Positions 53,301 to 64,000 of a DNA stretch of 64,000 nucleotides are shown here, piece by piece. Under the pieces are notes generated by a model that searched no databases, was not told where the DNA came from, and saw only the letters and a program-made list of their open reading frames with translations. Source of the DNA: Felis catus (Eukaryota); NCBI RefSeq assembly GCF_018350175.1, contig NC_058368.1, positions 104,100,001-104,164,000 on the forward strand. Direction: 5' to 3'. Every line of letters starts with the position of its first letter. The first letter of the stretch is position 1. Made by a program: the position numbers and the translations under genes.

Positions 53301-56300
53301 GTTGGTAAACATCTGACTCTTGGGTTCAGCCCAGGTCATGATTTCTAGGTTGATGAGTTCCAGCCCTGCATCGGGCTCTATGCTGGCAGCATGGAGCCTG
53401 TTGGGGATCCCCTGCTTGTGCTCTCTCTCTTTTTCTCTCTCAAAATAGATAAATAAACTTAAAAAAAAAATAGTCATGAATGTATTGGCACCCCTTCTTG
53501 TGTCACTGCTAATAGTTGAACACAAAGTTATAGATTCATTAATATTTTATTAAAAACATTTTTTTAAGCATTTATTTATTATTGATAGAGATAGAGCATG
53601 AGCATGGGAGGGGTAGAGAGAGAGGAGAGACACAGAATCTGAAGCAGGCTCTGGGCGCTGCTGATAGCACAGACACGGGCTTGAACTCACGAACCGTGAG
53701 ATCATGACCTGAGCTGAAATCAAGAGTTGGACACCTGACTGACTGAGCTACCCAGGCACCCTGGTACCTGTCTATTTAAAAGACCCTTTGGCCATTCGTG
53801 GAAAGAGTGTATACAGTATCATATTTCTGCTTCTTTTTGTAGAATGGTAGTCGAAGAAGAACACCAGGTGGGGTCTTCCTGAATCTCCTGAAAAATACTC
53901 CTAGTATCAGCGAGGAACAAATTAAGGTAAATAAAAACTATAGTGCCCTTGACTTTTAAGACCCATCATAATTTGACTTCTCCTCAGCTTCTTTTAATTC
54001 CCATCACCTATTTTGCCTTAAATTGACCAACTTTGTCATTGTCTCATTTCAAGTAAAACGTGTGCCTTTATAAACTCTTCCTCTTCGTTTTCTTCCCTTG
54101 CTGAGCAGCGTCACAGTTTCCTTTATGGCCATTTTCCTGGTCGTTTAGCATGTGATTATTTTTTCTAGCCTCCTACAGCCTTTTATTAATGAAAGATTTC
54201 AAACATGGAGAATAGATGAAACAGTAACGGGATGAATTTCCTGCACTTAAGATTCGGGGTTGTTAATATTTTGAGATTCTTACTTTACAGTTGTTCTTCT
54301 GTACCAGTTGGAAAAAAGTAACAAACATCATGACACTCAGCCCCAATTATTGTAGGAAGCAACTGTTAATAATAAGGACACTGTCTTACATTGTATCACC
54401 TAAGAGAAAGAAAAACAATTTCTTAGTATCAGGTATTGACCGTATTCCAATTTCCTGAATTGTCCCCAGAATGTATTTTCTACCTTTTTTCCCTCCCTCA
54501 AACTCGGATCCCATCTAGATTTTCACATTTCGTTTATTGTATCTCTTTTGCTCTCTTTAACTCCACATTTTCTTTCATGATTTAGACATTTTGAAGAGTC
54601 TGAGATGGTTGTCTAATAGAATGTACCACATTGTGGTCATTGTCTCCTTGTGGATTTGTTTCATTTCATTCCTCTGTCTCCATTAGTTCTTAGGAACAAA
54701 AGCTAGCCTCTTCACTATTAATCATTTGTACGTTACTAGAATGTCCTCTTTGGGCGTTCTTCTGCAGTGTGAGTTTTTCATGGCTCAGCATTTATCTTTT
54801 AATTTGTTAATTAAGGAACGTGATTACATTTAGCAGATACAATGAAGATTAAGAACTTGCTTCTTGCATAGGAAAGAGGTGATGGACATGGGACACAGAT
54901 GGTGTATTGGATCAGCTTTGTGTTCTCTTTATTATAACTGGATAGCACATGTCACAGCATTGTGGTTTAGCCGTTTATAATGCTAATGATGACAGGTAAG
55001 TAAAAGCCACTTCTCTTGAGCTCACGCACCGTCAGCACAGAGCCAGACTTGGGACTCGATCCCAAGGAACCGTGAGATCATGTCCTGATCCGAGATCAAG
55101 ATCTTGTCAGTCGCTTAACCAACTGAGCCACCCAGGCGCCCCTCAATGTTAGTTTGTTTCCCCTCTTTTCTGGCTGTCCACTTCCAGTCATTTTTTTTAA
55201 ATCTGCTATTGAAATTGCTACAGGAAATGTTACTGTTACTGCACATTTGAAATCTCTTGTCCATACTGCCTTTTTTTCCTCCTGAAACAATGACTGGTAG
55301 ATTTGTAACAATGTCATTTTCCTGAGGAACAGCCTACTGAGTAGTAGAGCGGGGCTTAACTGCTTGGTTTTCCCTCCTCCCACACTGTAATCCCTGACAA
55401 AAGGTGTGCACTGAGAAGGAGCATTCTTCTGAGGAACATTAAACATTGTTTCATAGCAGAATGTCCCTGTTTACAGAGAAATAGCAAGGTGAGATAAAAA
55501 GAATTCTCTAACATTCAAAATCTGGGTTTTAATCTTAATTTTGCCATTTAGTGATTACCTGAATACAAACAGAGCACTTACTTTCTCTCAGCCTTAATTT
55601 TGTCATCTATGAAGTGGGGACTGTAATAAGTGCCCTGCCTATTGAATAGAGCTCTGAAAGGATTAAAGAAAGTGGTATCTGGAGAAGGTTCTTCTAGGTA
55701 ACCAAACTTTGGACAGATAGTTTCCACAAGCAGAAGAGAAGAAAATAACATTTATTCACCATGTCTGCAGCACTGGGCCACTTATTTATAGGATTTAATC
55801 TGCACCCCATTCTGTCAAAGTAGATGTTCCTGTGTTATGCACAGGACGAGTAATAAAAATGATTAGCCTGGGATTGCACAGAATACTGACTTGAAACAGG
55901 TTTTTTTCACTGAATCACATGTCTTTGAAATTCAGTTCTAACTCATTGTGGAGAAAGAGATTTTAATGTTAGTAGGTTATGTTAAACTACCAGAAACATT
56001 GCGTTGTAACAACAAACGTAGAAACATTTGGAATACCTAATAATTAAAGAATGTTGACCAAGAGGGACATTTTTTGAAGTTTATTTATTTTAAGTAATCT
56101 CTGCACCCACTGTGGGGCTTGAACTCACAACCCTGAGATCAAGAGCTGCATGTTCTTCTAAGCCAGCCAGGCATACCCCAAGAGGGACATTTTTAAAAGG
56201 ACTGCCCTTTAGCCTCTATTTTTGTGAAGCATTAAAAAAATTTTTTTTCCGACATTTAGTTTATTTTTTGAGAGGGAGAGAAAGAGCATGCGTCGGGGAG

Positions 56301-59300
56301 GGGCAGAGAGAGAGGGAGACACGGAATCGGAAGCAGGCTCCAGGTCCCGGGCTGTCAGCACAGAGCCCCACACAGGGCTCAAACCCAAGAATGGCAAGAT
56401 CATGACCTGAGCCGAAGGTGGACGCCCAACCAGCTGAGTCCCCCCAAAGCACCCCTTTTCACAGCATTTTTAAGAAAAGGAGAAAAATGCAGTATTATTC
56501 AAGTTTTTTGAAAGGCAAACTACAAATTTATAATGAAAAAGAGGCATGGGACAATTAGTTGATATGTAAAATAGCAAAAAGTTACCAATGATTTGGTCTA
56601 CTTTAGGGGGTTTTAAATGTGTTGGCTTTTAAGGTTTTCCTTTGTTTTTCCAAATTTTATGCATGGTGCATGGCTTGAGTAGTTTTGTTATTAGAGGAAA
56701 AAACCTAAAGCAAATAGTATTTCATCATAGGTCATTTTAAGTGTCATCAAATGATAATGTTATAATTGTCCTTTGATCACTATAATGCTAACATTCAGTC
56801 TGTAGAATTCGGAAGGAAGCAGGAGCTGAATTGAGTGGGTCTTTTTGCCTTTTTAAAATTTGTGTTTTGGTATGTGACGTGCCATTTTGTTTTGGTTTGT
56901 AATTAAGTTTTGTTTTGGAAAGTATAAAGTTTGAGAGAAAAAAAAGAACGAGTAGTTAAAAATAAATTAATTTGCTTTATATATATATATATGCGCACAC
57001 ACACTTTTTTTTTTAATGTCTATTTATTTATTTTGAGACCGAGAGCACGTGCACATGTAAATGAGCAGGGGAGGGACAGAGACAGAGGGGGAGAGAGAAT
57101 CCCAAGCAAGCTCTGTGCTGTGAGCACAGAGCCCAATGCAGGGCTCGATCCCACAAACCATGCGACCATGACCTGAGCCAAAATCAGGAGTCGAGACGCT
57201 TAACTGACTGAGCCACCCGGGCACCCCTTAGCTGCTATATTTTTTAAAAGTTTGGCTGTAATGGTCCCCCTCCACAAATAGCATACAGTTGAGGTTCTTA
57301 ACTTGTAAAATTAATTATATATACGTAGGAAAAAACTGCCCTCAGATTATCTCTTGTTTGCATTTGTCATAACAACACTAACAACAGGTTACAACATTTC
57401 TTTGGGCCGTTTCCCAGTTTGTTCTATCACATTCATAACCCATGGAATGCAGTTCTTTTTAAAAAGTCTTGATATATTTGTAGTGAAAAGGGCAACTTTA
57501 TAATTTCACTGAGTGTTGCCAAGCATTGTACTACTTAGAATTGTTGTTATCAACATGCTCAGATGTGCTTTCCCATGAAATGGAAATGCCTCTCCTTGCA
57601 GCTTCTTTTTCTCTCTCCGTTTGAAGGTTAAGTAGACTCTTGAAAAGATTGTGAATTGTCACTCTTCTGTGAAGGCCACGCAGTCGGTTTTAAGAATGTG
57701 AATTTCGAGAGCTACTAGATGAGCTAACTTTTTATACCTTCACCTGTTGGCTCTGCAGTCTTGTGCCTCACTTTCCTCATCGGATTTTAATGTGTGTGCT
57801 GCCGATGCGGGCACTCTCCCTTTCCTCGTCAGAAAAGGATAATGCCCACTCCATGAGCTTCTGGGGAGAATGAACAGTTCTTTGCACCATGCCTGGCGTG
57901 TAAATGTGCCTGTTCAGTAAACGGTTGCCAGCCTCATTTTCCTCTCGTCACTTTCTTGTGTCCTTCCTCCACTTCTTAACACGCGTACCCTCCTTCTCCA
58001 CCTCCAATCCCTTGTCCTTTCTCTAGCCAATACTTTTAGTCCTCCTGTCCACCGAAGCGTTCATCTTCTGAAGCTTTCCCTTGTCTCCTTCATTTAAGAG
58101 TTCCTTACTCCTTCCTCTGCTAATTCTGTGTGCTGCTTGTAACTACTCAGCATAAATTTTTGGAGAGGGTCCCCTTTATTTCACCGTCTTCCACAGTGGT
58201 TTTTATAAACAAGGAGGGATTTGTGATTTGTGCACTTTAAGAACATAATAGAGACTGACTTGGTTACAGCTTTTAATAATCCCTTCCCAGAAGATAATAG
58301 GGTGCCCATCCTACCTTCTGTTTGAAACCTTTGAACCTGCTCTGTCTTAGCCGTCATTTTTGGCCTTCTCTTCAGATCCCTGACCTACTTTTCTTTCTTT
58401 TGTACCCTCTGAATCTACACTTCTCCGTCTGTATCAAGGTTCCCAGAGGCTATTTTAACGTTTTTCCCTGTAATAGTTTAATAAAACGCATTTTCCCCTT
58501 CAGCTCTCATCTGCTGGCAGTTTTGCCTCTTGGAGGAGGTGAGGACGTTTGGCAATGCCTGGAGAGGTGTTTGGTTGTCACAGTCTGGGGATGGGTGGAT
58601 ATATGCTAGTGGGTAGAGGCCAGGCCTGCTGCGGAACACCTTGCAGTGCGCGTGGCAGACTGCCACAGCGGTCGCCAAGGTGGAGGGCCCTGGACTAACA
58701 ATCTCGTATTTTTGTGTTATAAAATCCCTTTTCTGTAACTTCCTGCAATATATCCTAGTGCTGACTATATTGTGTTTATGCCTTGTGGTCTAAGTTTTTG
58801 ACAGATTTATGTGCCCACGTTAATTACAGTGACATTTTTTAAGGAATGGATGTTTTCCATTGCGTAGGTTACGTGATCATACTTAGTCACACATTTCAGG
58901 TGTTGCTTGGTTTCTTAGCATGTGCAGTCACGTATGGTTATTATGACAGTTTCCAAGTTAGTACACTTTGTTTCAAAGACTTGTGTTTTTCTTGTCACAA
59001 ATTAGATTTTCTTTAACTCCTGAATGACGTGATTTTCCTGCTGTCTCGTCCCACGTAGGAAACCTGTAGCTCTGATGGTATGTTATGGTTGAATAAGCGT
59101 GGGCCCCGGAGTGAACATGGGGTTGAGTTGGAGTTACAGCTTCATCCTCTGTCTGCAGTGGGGACTCCCCTACTGTCTTAGACTCTGTGCGTCATTTACG
59201 AGTCTAATAATATTTCCTTGTTTTTTGTGAGAGATGGAGATCACGAAGGGTCCACCTTGTACCAAACATTTAATAAACGGTCCTTCTTGCTTAAGGTTGT

Positions 59301-59583
59301 TCCTTTATTGTAGGACATTTTCTACATTGAAAATCAAAAGGAGTATGAAAATAAAAAGGCTGCTAGGAAGAGAAGAACACAAGTGTTGGGGAAAAAGATG
59401 AAACAAGCTATTAAAAATCTAAATTTTCAAGAAGATGATGACACATCACGAGAAACTTTCGCAAGTGACACCAACGAGGCCCTGGCCTCTCTTGACGAGC
59501 CGCAGGAAGGCCACGGAGAGACCAAGTTGGATGCAGAGGAAGCCATCGAGGTCGATCATTCTCACGATTTGGACATCTTTTAG
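46769..59583 (+). CDS. PHAX: PHAX, phosphorylated adapter RNA export protein; full spliced CDS, 5 exons, 394 aa
   Basis: Exons of 96,614,121,84,270 nt sum to 1185 nt. The translation matches mammalian PHAX (MEDGQLSDSDSD, acidic Ser cluster, KRKR, RNA-binding domain LQEPKKDLI...RTPGGVFL, C-terminus HDLDIF*). Confidence 0.99.
48034..48443 (-). mobile_element. Solo ERV1-type LTR (410 bp) in PHAX intron 1
   Basis: TG...CA termini, 4-bp TSD ACTG (48030-48033, 48444-48447); on - strand CCAAT (48241-48245), TATAAA (48177-48182) and AGTAAA. Confidence 0.85.
48794..49407 (+). CDS. PHAX: PHAX exon 2
   Basis: KTLGGDS...DSSEESFSDSDDDSSLWKRKRQK...VADEISF(R); CAG acceptor, GTGAGC donor. Confidence 0.97.
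50190..50710 (-). mobile_element. Old L1 (L1MB/ME-like) 3' fragment
   Basis: ATAAAATTCACCCATTTT...TTTTCTGGACATTTCATAT...GGAATCATACAGTG...GGCTATTATGAATAATGCT. Confidence 0.75.
50882..50918. repeat. 14-bp tandem repeat, 2.6 copies (AAACCAAAGTTTAT)
   Basis: Read directly. Confidence 0.9.
51769..51889 (+). CDS. PHAX: PHAX exon 3
   Basis: LQEPKKDLIARVVRIIGNKKAIELLMETAEVEQNGGLFIM; CAG acceptor, GTAAGA donor. Confidence 0.97.
52156..52787 (-). mobile_element. Three nested/tandem CAN-SINEs followed by an antisense L1 fragment (52788-52965)
   Basis: Three antisense SINE bodies; repeated junction words TAAGTTTATTTATTT and TTTAATGTTT; L1 motif ACCAATTTACATTCCCACC. Confidence 0.88.
53843..53926 (+). 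CDS. PHAX: PHAX exon 4
   Basis: NGSRRRTPGGVFLNLLKNTPSISEEQIK; TAG acceptor, GTAAAT donor. Confidence 0.97.
58500..58695. mobile_element. MER20 DNA transposon relic
   Basis: GGACGTTTGGCAATGCCTGGAGA..TTTGGTTGTCAC...CTAGTGGGTAGAGGCCAGG. Confidence 0.8.
59314..59583 (+). CDS. PHAX: PHAX exon 5 coding part with TAG stop
   Basis: DIFYIENQKEYENKKAARKRRTQVLGKKMKQ...DHSHDLDIF*; TAG acceptor. Confidence 0.97.
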   Translation, partial: DIFYIENQKEYENKKAARKRRTQVLGKKMKQAIKNLNFQEDDDTSRETFASDTNEALASLDEPQEGHGETKLDAEEAIEVDHSHDLDIF

Positions 59584-60334
59584 TACATTTTGAGGATTAA
59601 GCCTTTCTAGAATAACCTTGTAATAAGCCATTTCTACTGAGATTGCTTCGTTTTACTTTGCACTGATAAACCTAAAAATCTGGACAGAAAGAACTGTTTT
59701 CTTGCTGAAAATAATGTTGAATTTGTGGGAAGATGAATGTTATTGATAGACCCATTTCTCATGTCTGACAAAATATTTAAAAGTATATAGCAGAGATTTA
59801 ATTTCTCAATCTGTTGCATGTGTTAGTTATTACTAGTTGATAATTACTTTTGTCCAGGTCATTGTAACATGCCATTCAAAAAGTTGTTTTCTTTTTTTGA
59901 TTTATCTTTGTAGCGAATTATGATTGGTTTCAAAACATTCCGTAAAAAGATCTTAATAAGGCACATAAATTGTTAAACTGTTACAAATGCATTCAAATTT
60001 AGTTTTTCTGTGTTCTGAGAACTTTCAAGCAATTTTAAGGACAGAGACAAAATAAGTTTATACTCATCAGTATAAACTTATTTGTCAGGAAGTAAATTAA
60101 CATCAGAAGCTTTTCAAAGAAGTCTTCATTCTTAACTTTTTTTTGACTTCCTTTAAATTAACTCGATCTTACACTGAATACTGAATGTGATCCATACCTG
60201 TGTAATTATCATGTACTTTTAAAAAATTCCCGGTGGTTGCCTGCCTAAGACTGCTTTACCTTATGTTAAGGAAATTGGGTATTAAAAATGTTACATCTGC
60301 CTGAAGTGTCAAATTACTCATTCTTATTGAAGGA

Positions 60335-60340
60335 AATAAA
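60335..60340 (+). terminator. Candidate PHAX polyadenylation signal (alternatives: ATTAAA 60281-60286, AATAAA 60555-60560)
   Basis: AATAAA at the end of an AU-rich stretch about 750 nt past the stop. Confidence 0.5.
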
Positions 60341-62066
60341 AGTAGTTAAGGTGTTCCAAGGGTTGACTTTAGTCTACAAAATAGATTGGGCAAAAATATG
60401 TAAGAAGCAATTGTAAACTCTTCTTTACAGATAGTTCTTGAAGTTTTTCTTTAGTTCCTGGAATACATAGTCATTGAAGTTGGATCTAAGGATACAAGTG
60501 GGAAAAGAAGAGGAAAATGGTTATTGGTTGCTTTTTATTCATGACGAACACAAAAATAAAACTAGATTTTGTGCAGTGACTTTTTTTTTTTTTTTTAAGA
60601 TTTATTCATTTATGTAGTGTCTATACCCAGCATGGGGCTCAAACTCGGCGTTGTGAGTTCAAGAGACTCAGGCACCTCTCAGCCAGGTGCCCCTCAAGTG
60701 ACTGTTTTTGAAACCTCAGACATGCTTTCATAAAATTGCTATAACCAAGGGAAGAAAACTATTTTAAATACGTAACTGAATATTGTTTCTGAGATTCTTT
60801 ATGAGAGGTGATCTTAAAGGTATGTTACGTTGGGATAGGGCACCTGAGTGGCTCAGTCATTTGAGCGTCGGACTCGATTTCGGCTCAGGGCGTGATCTCC
60901 CGGTTCGGGAATTCAAGCCCTGCATCGGGCTCTGTGCTGACAGAGCGGCGCCTTCTTGGGGTTCCCTGTCTCCCTCTCTCTCTGCCCCTTCACCCCTGCC
61001 TCAAAAATAAATAAACATTAAAAATAATAAGAAACGTGTAATACTTTGGGAAAAATAACATCCAGTTAAGTGCTAGTTTATATGCCACACGTTCATGTAA
61101 ATACTGCTAATATTTCTAGTTACACTTGTTGAAGAGCATTAACATTACAGTCTAGTTCATCTTCACTAAATGGACCATCCTGGTTCATTTTCACCAACAG
61201 TTGTTACCTTACTATCTGGAAACTGTACAGGTTTCTGGTATGGATTAAACCCTAACGTTAAATGCAAACCAACAGTTGAGGTCTTTAGTTTTTTAGGAAT
61301 CCATTCCATATTATTATTATTATTTCATCTTGGATTCTTACCCTGTACTTCTGCCACAAGGTACTGAAGGTTCGAAAAAAACGAACAAACCTGTCAAAAT
61401 GATTCTGCAAAATCTTTCCTTTTTAAAAAATACTTATTTTGGGGAGAGCACAAGTGGGTAAGGGGGCAAAGAGAGGGGGACAGGATCAGAAGCAGGCTCT
61501 GCACTGACAGGGTGACAGCAGTGAGCCTGATGCGGGGCTCGAACTCACCAACAGTGAGATCATGACCTGAGTTGAAGTCGGACGCTCAACCGACTGAGCC
61601 ACTCAGGTGCCCCACTGCAAAATTTTTCTGAAATGACCCAGAGAAGGATATCAATTGGCGTTCACCGGTACCTCTGTATAGAAACTGACTTCCTGGAATT
61701 CTACAAATACCCATTGCAGCCATGCGCTGAGGGAATTGATGCCAAATGTTCAGCAGGATTTTTGACGTGTCCCAGATCGGTTTATTCATTAGTGTGAAAG
61801 AACTGCCTTAACCTCACAAAAGAGATGCAATTCAGGTTCAGTATCATGGGTGGCAAGTTCAAGTTAGGGAACAAAGGTACCACATGGAGCCCTGTGAACT
61901 CCACCGAAAGCAGCCTCTGGAAAAAGGAGCCCCAAGATGGGGATACTGCTGTTGGCTGATGGCTCTAACAGCCCCATAAGCCTTTTCATGTCCAGGTCAC
62001 CCCAGGACTGAGTACATGTATGAAAAAGACTCTTACTGTGATCCTTCCTCTTTAAAATAGCATCTT

Positions 62067-62516
62067 GGGAGGCGCCTGGGTGGCTCAGTCAGTTGAGCGT
62101 CCAACTTCGGCTCAGGTCATGATCTCATCGTCCGTGAGTTCAAGCCCCACGTCGGGCTCTGTGCTGACAGCTCAGAGCCTGGAGCCTGCTTCGAATTCTG
62201 TGTCTCCCTCTCTCTCTAACCCTCCCCTGTTCATGCTCTGTCTCTCTGTCTCAAAAATAAATAAACATTTAAAAAAAATAAAAAAATAAATAAATAAAAT
62301 AAAATAGCATCTTGGGCCCCGGGTGGCTCGGTCAGTTCAGCATCTTTAGCTCAGGGCGTGATCTCGCGGTTTGTGGGTTTGAGCCCCGCGTTGAGCTCTG
62401 TGCTGACTGCGCGGAGCCTGCTTCGGAACTTCTGTCTCCCCCTCTCTTTGCCCCTCCCCTGCTTGTGTATTCTCTCCCTCTCAATAATAAACATTTAAAA
62501 AATAGTAATAATAAGT
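62067..62516 (+). mobile_element. Two CAN-SINEs inserted at the same target site
   Basis: AAAATAGCATCTT at 62054 and 62301; AAAGTAGCATCGT at 62517. Confidence 0.9.
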
Positions 62517-63393
62517 AAAGTAGCATCGTGGCCACTACCTCAAAGTCGAGGATCTACCCATCCGCTCCTCGGTCACCTCAATCACCTGTTGTTGCTGCCT
62601 AGAGTCCTCACCATCAGCTCCCCGTGGAGGTATACATCCACGGCCAGATTCTCCTGAAGGAATTTCTCCACCTCTGTGTCTGCTTTTGTTTATTTGTGCC
62701 TGATGATTCACACCACTGACGGTGAACACCAGCGTCCTGCTGGGGAAGGCGGTATGCCCTCTGGAAACTGCAGGGTTTGGGGATTCGTCGAGGTCTTCTG
62801 CTCCCAGACCTGCTCCAGAAGCAAGGTGACCTGGTCAGAAGGGAGTGAGGGTCCTATTGGGGCACAAGCCAGGGTTTGGAGTCCTCTCCAACACTTCAAC
62901 CTTGAGGGTTCTTTATGTTTTTACCTATTAAAATTACTCTTCTCTGAACCTTTCTGCCCATTCAAATCTGGAGATGTCTAACCATCCAGAAGCTTCTGGC
63001 TGGCTCAGTTGGTAGAGAATGCAACTCTTGGTCCTGGGGTTGTGAGTTTGAGCCCCATGTTTGGTGAGGAGATTACTTTAAAAAAAAAAAAGAAAGAAAA
63101 AGAAAAAAGAGGGGTGCCTTGGTGGCCCAGTCGGTTAAGAGTCCGACTCTTCATTTCAGCTCAGGTGGTGATTTCATGGTTTGTGAGTTCGAGCCCCAGG
63201 TCCAGTTCTGCGCTGACAGTGTGGAGCCTGCTTGGGATTCTCTCTCTCCTATTCTCTCTGCCCCTTCACCCACCCCTTCTCAAATTAAATAAATAAATAA
63301 ATAAATAAGAAAGAAATGTCTATCCAAACTATTGCCAGGTATATATTCAGTTAATACTCTCACGAAACTGGCCGTAATTCTTATGCTCAGGCT

Positions 63394-63870
63394 TTTTTTT
63401 TTTTTTAATCTTTTTTTTAACATTTATTTATTATTTTTTTTTTATTTAAAAAAAAATTTTTTTTCAGCGTTTTTATTTATTTTTGGGACAGAGAGAGACA
63501 GAGCATGAACGGGGGAGGGGCAGAGAGAGAGGGAGACACAGAATCGGAAACAGGCTCCAGGCTCCGAGCCATCAGCCCAGAGCCTGACGCGGGGCTCGAA
63601 CCCATGGACCGCGAGATCGTGACCTGGCCGAAGTCGGACGCTTAACTGACTGCGCCACCCAGGCGCCCCAACATTTATTTATTTTTGAGACAGAGACACA
63701 GAGCGTGAGCAGGGGAGGGGCAGAGAGAGAGGGAGACCCAGACTCCGAAGCAGGCTCCAGGCTCTGAGCTGTCAGCACAGAGCCCGATGTCGGGCTCGAA
63801 CTCACAAAGTGTGAGATTATGAGCTGAGCCGAAGTCAGATGCTTTAACTGACTGAGCCACCCAGGTGCCA
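63394..63870 (-). mobile_element. Young CAN-SINE nested in the tail of an older CAN-SINE
   Basis: Two antisense bodies; AACATTTATT repeated at about 63419 and 63670. Confidence 0.88.
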
Positions 63871-64000
63871 CTCAGCCTAACTTCTTACTTGCTGGCTATG
63901 GGATCGAGCCTAATAACCTTCCACCTACTAATAACCCTCCACCTCTCATGGCGATTTAAGTGTCATTCCTCTAAGACACAGTCGCTGTGATAAAATGAGT

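Noticed and set aside
60600..64000. Possible start of the next syntenic gene (TEX43 in human)
   Set aside because: No matching coding exon was recognised before the window end.

Overview
Mammalian, almost certainly feliform carnivore (cat-like), genomic DNA. It carries roughly 80 tRNA-Lys-derived CAN-SINE copies counted by eye, many of the felid SINEC_Fc type. Two complete, intact genes lie head-to-head. ALDH7A1 (antiquitin) is on the - strand with 18 coding exons (41219->1687, 1620 nt = 539 aa + stop). PHAX is on the + strand with 5 coding exons (46769->59583, 1185 nt = 394 aa + stop). Each has its own CpG-island promoter, the ATGs are about 5.5 kb apart, and every intron is GT-AG with consistent phases. 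The rest is intronic or intergenic DNA full of SINEs, L1/L2/MIR fragments, LTRs and MER elements; repeat family names are from memory of consensus sequences and need RepeatMasker confirmation. I see no evidence of a new protein-coding system: the other ORFs are SINE or GC-rich artefacts. The best non-obvious signals are (1) an L1 insertion in ALDH7A1 intron 2 that appears to carry a 3' transduction with its own AATAAA, (2) a solo ERV LTR with TSD, CCAAT and TATA in PHAX intron 1 pointing toward ALDH7A1, (3) a nested L1/LTR/LTR/SINE stack, (4) a (TTTCA)12 repeat in a SINE tail and (5) a microsatellite-made decoy 3' splice site before the last ALDH7A1 exon.
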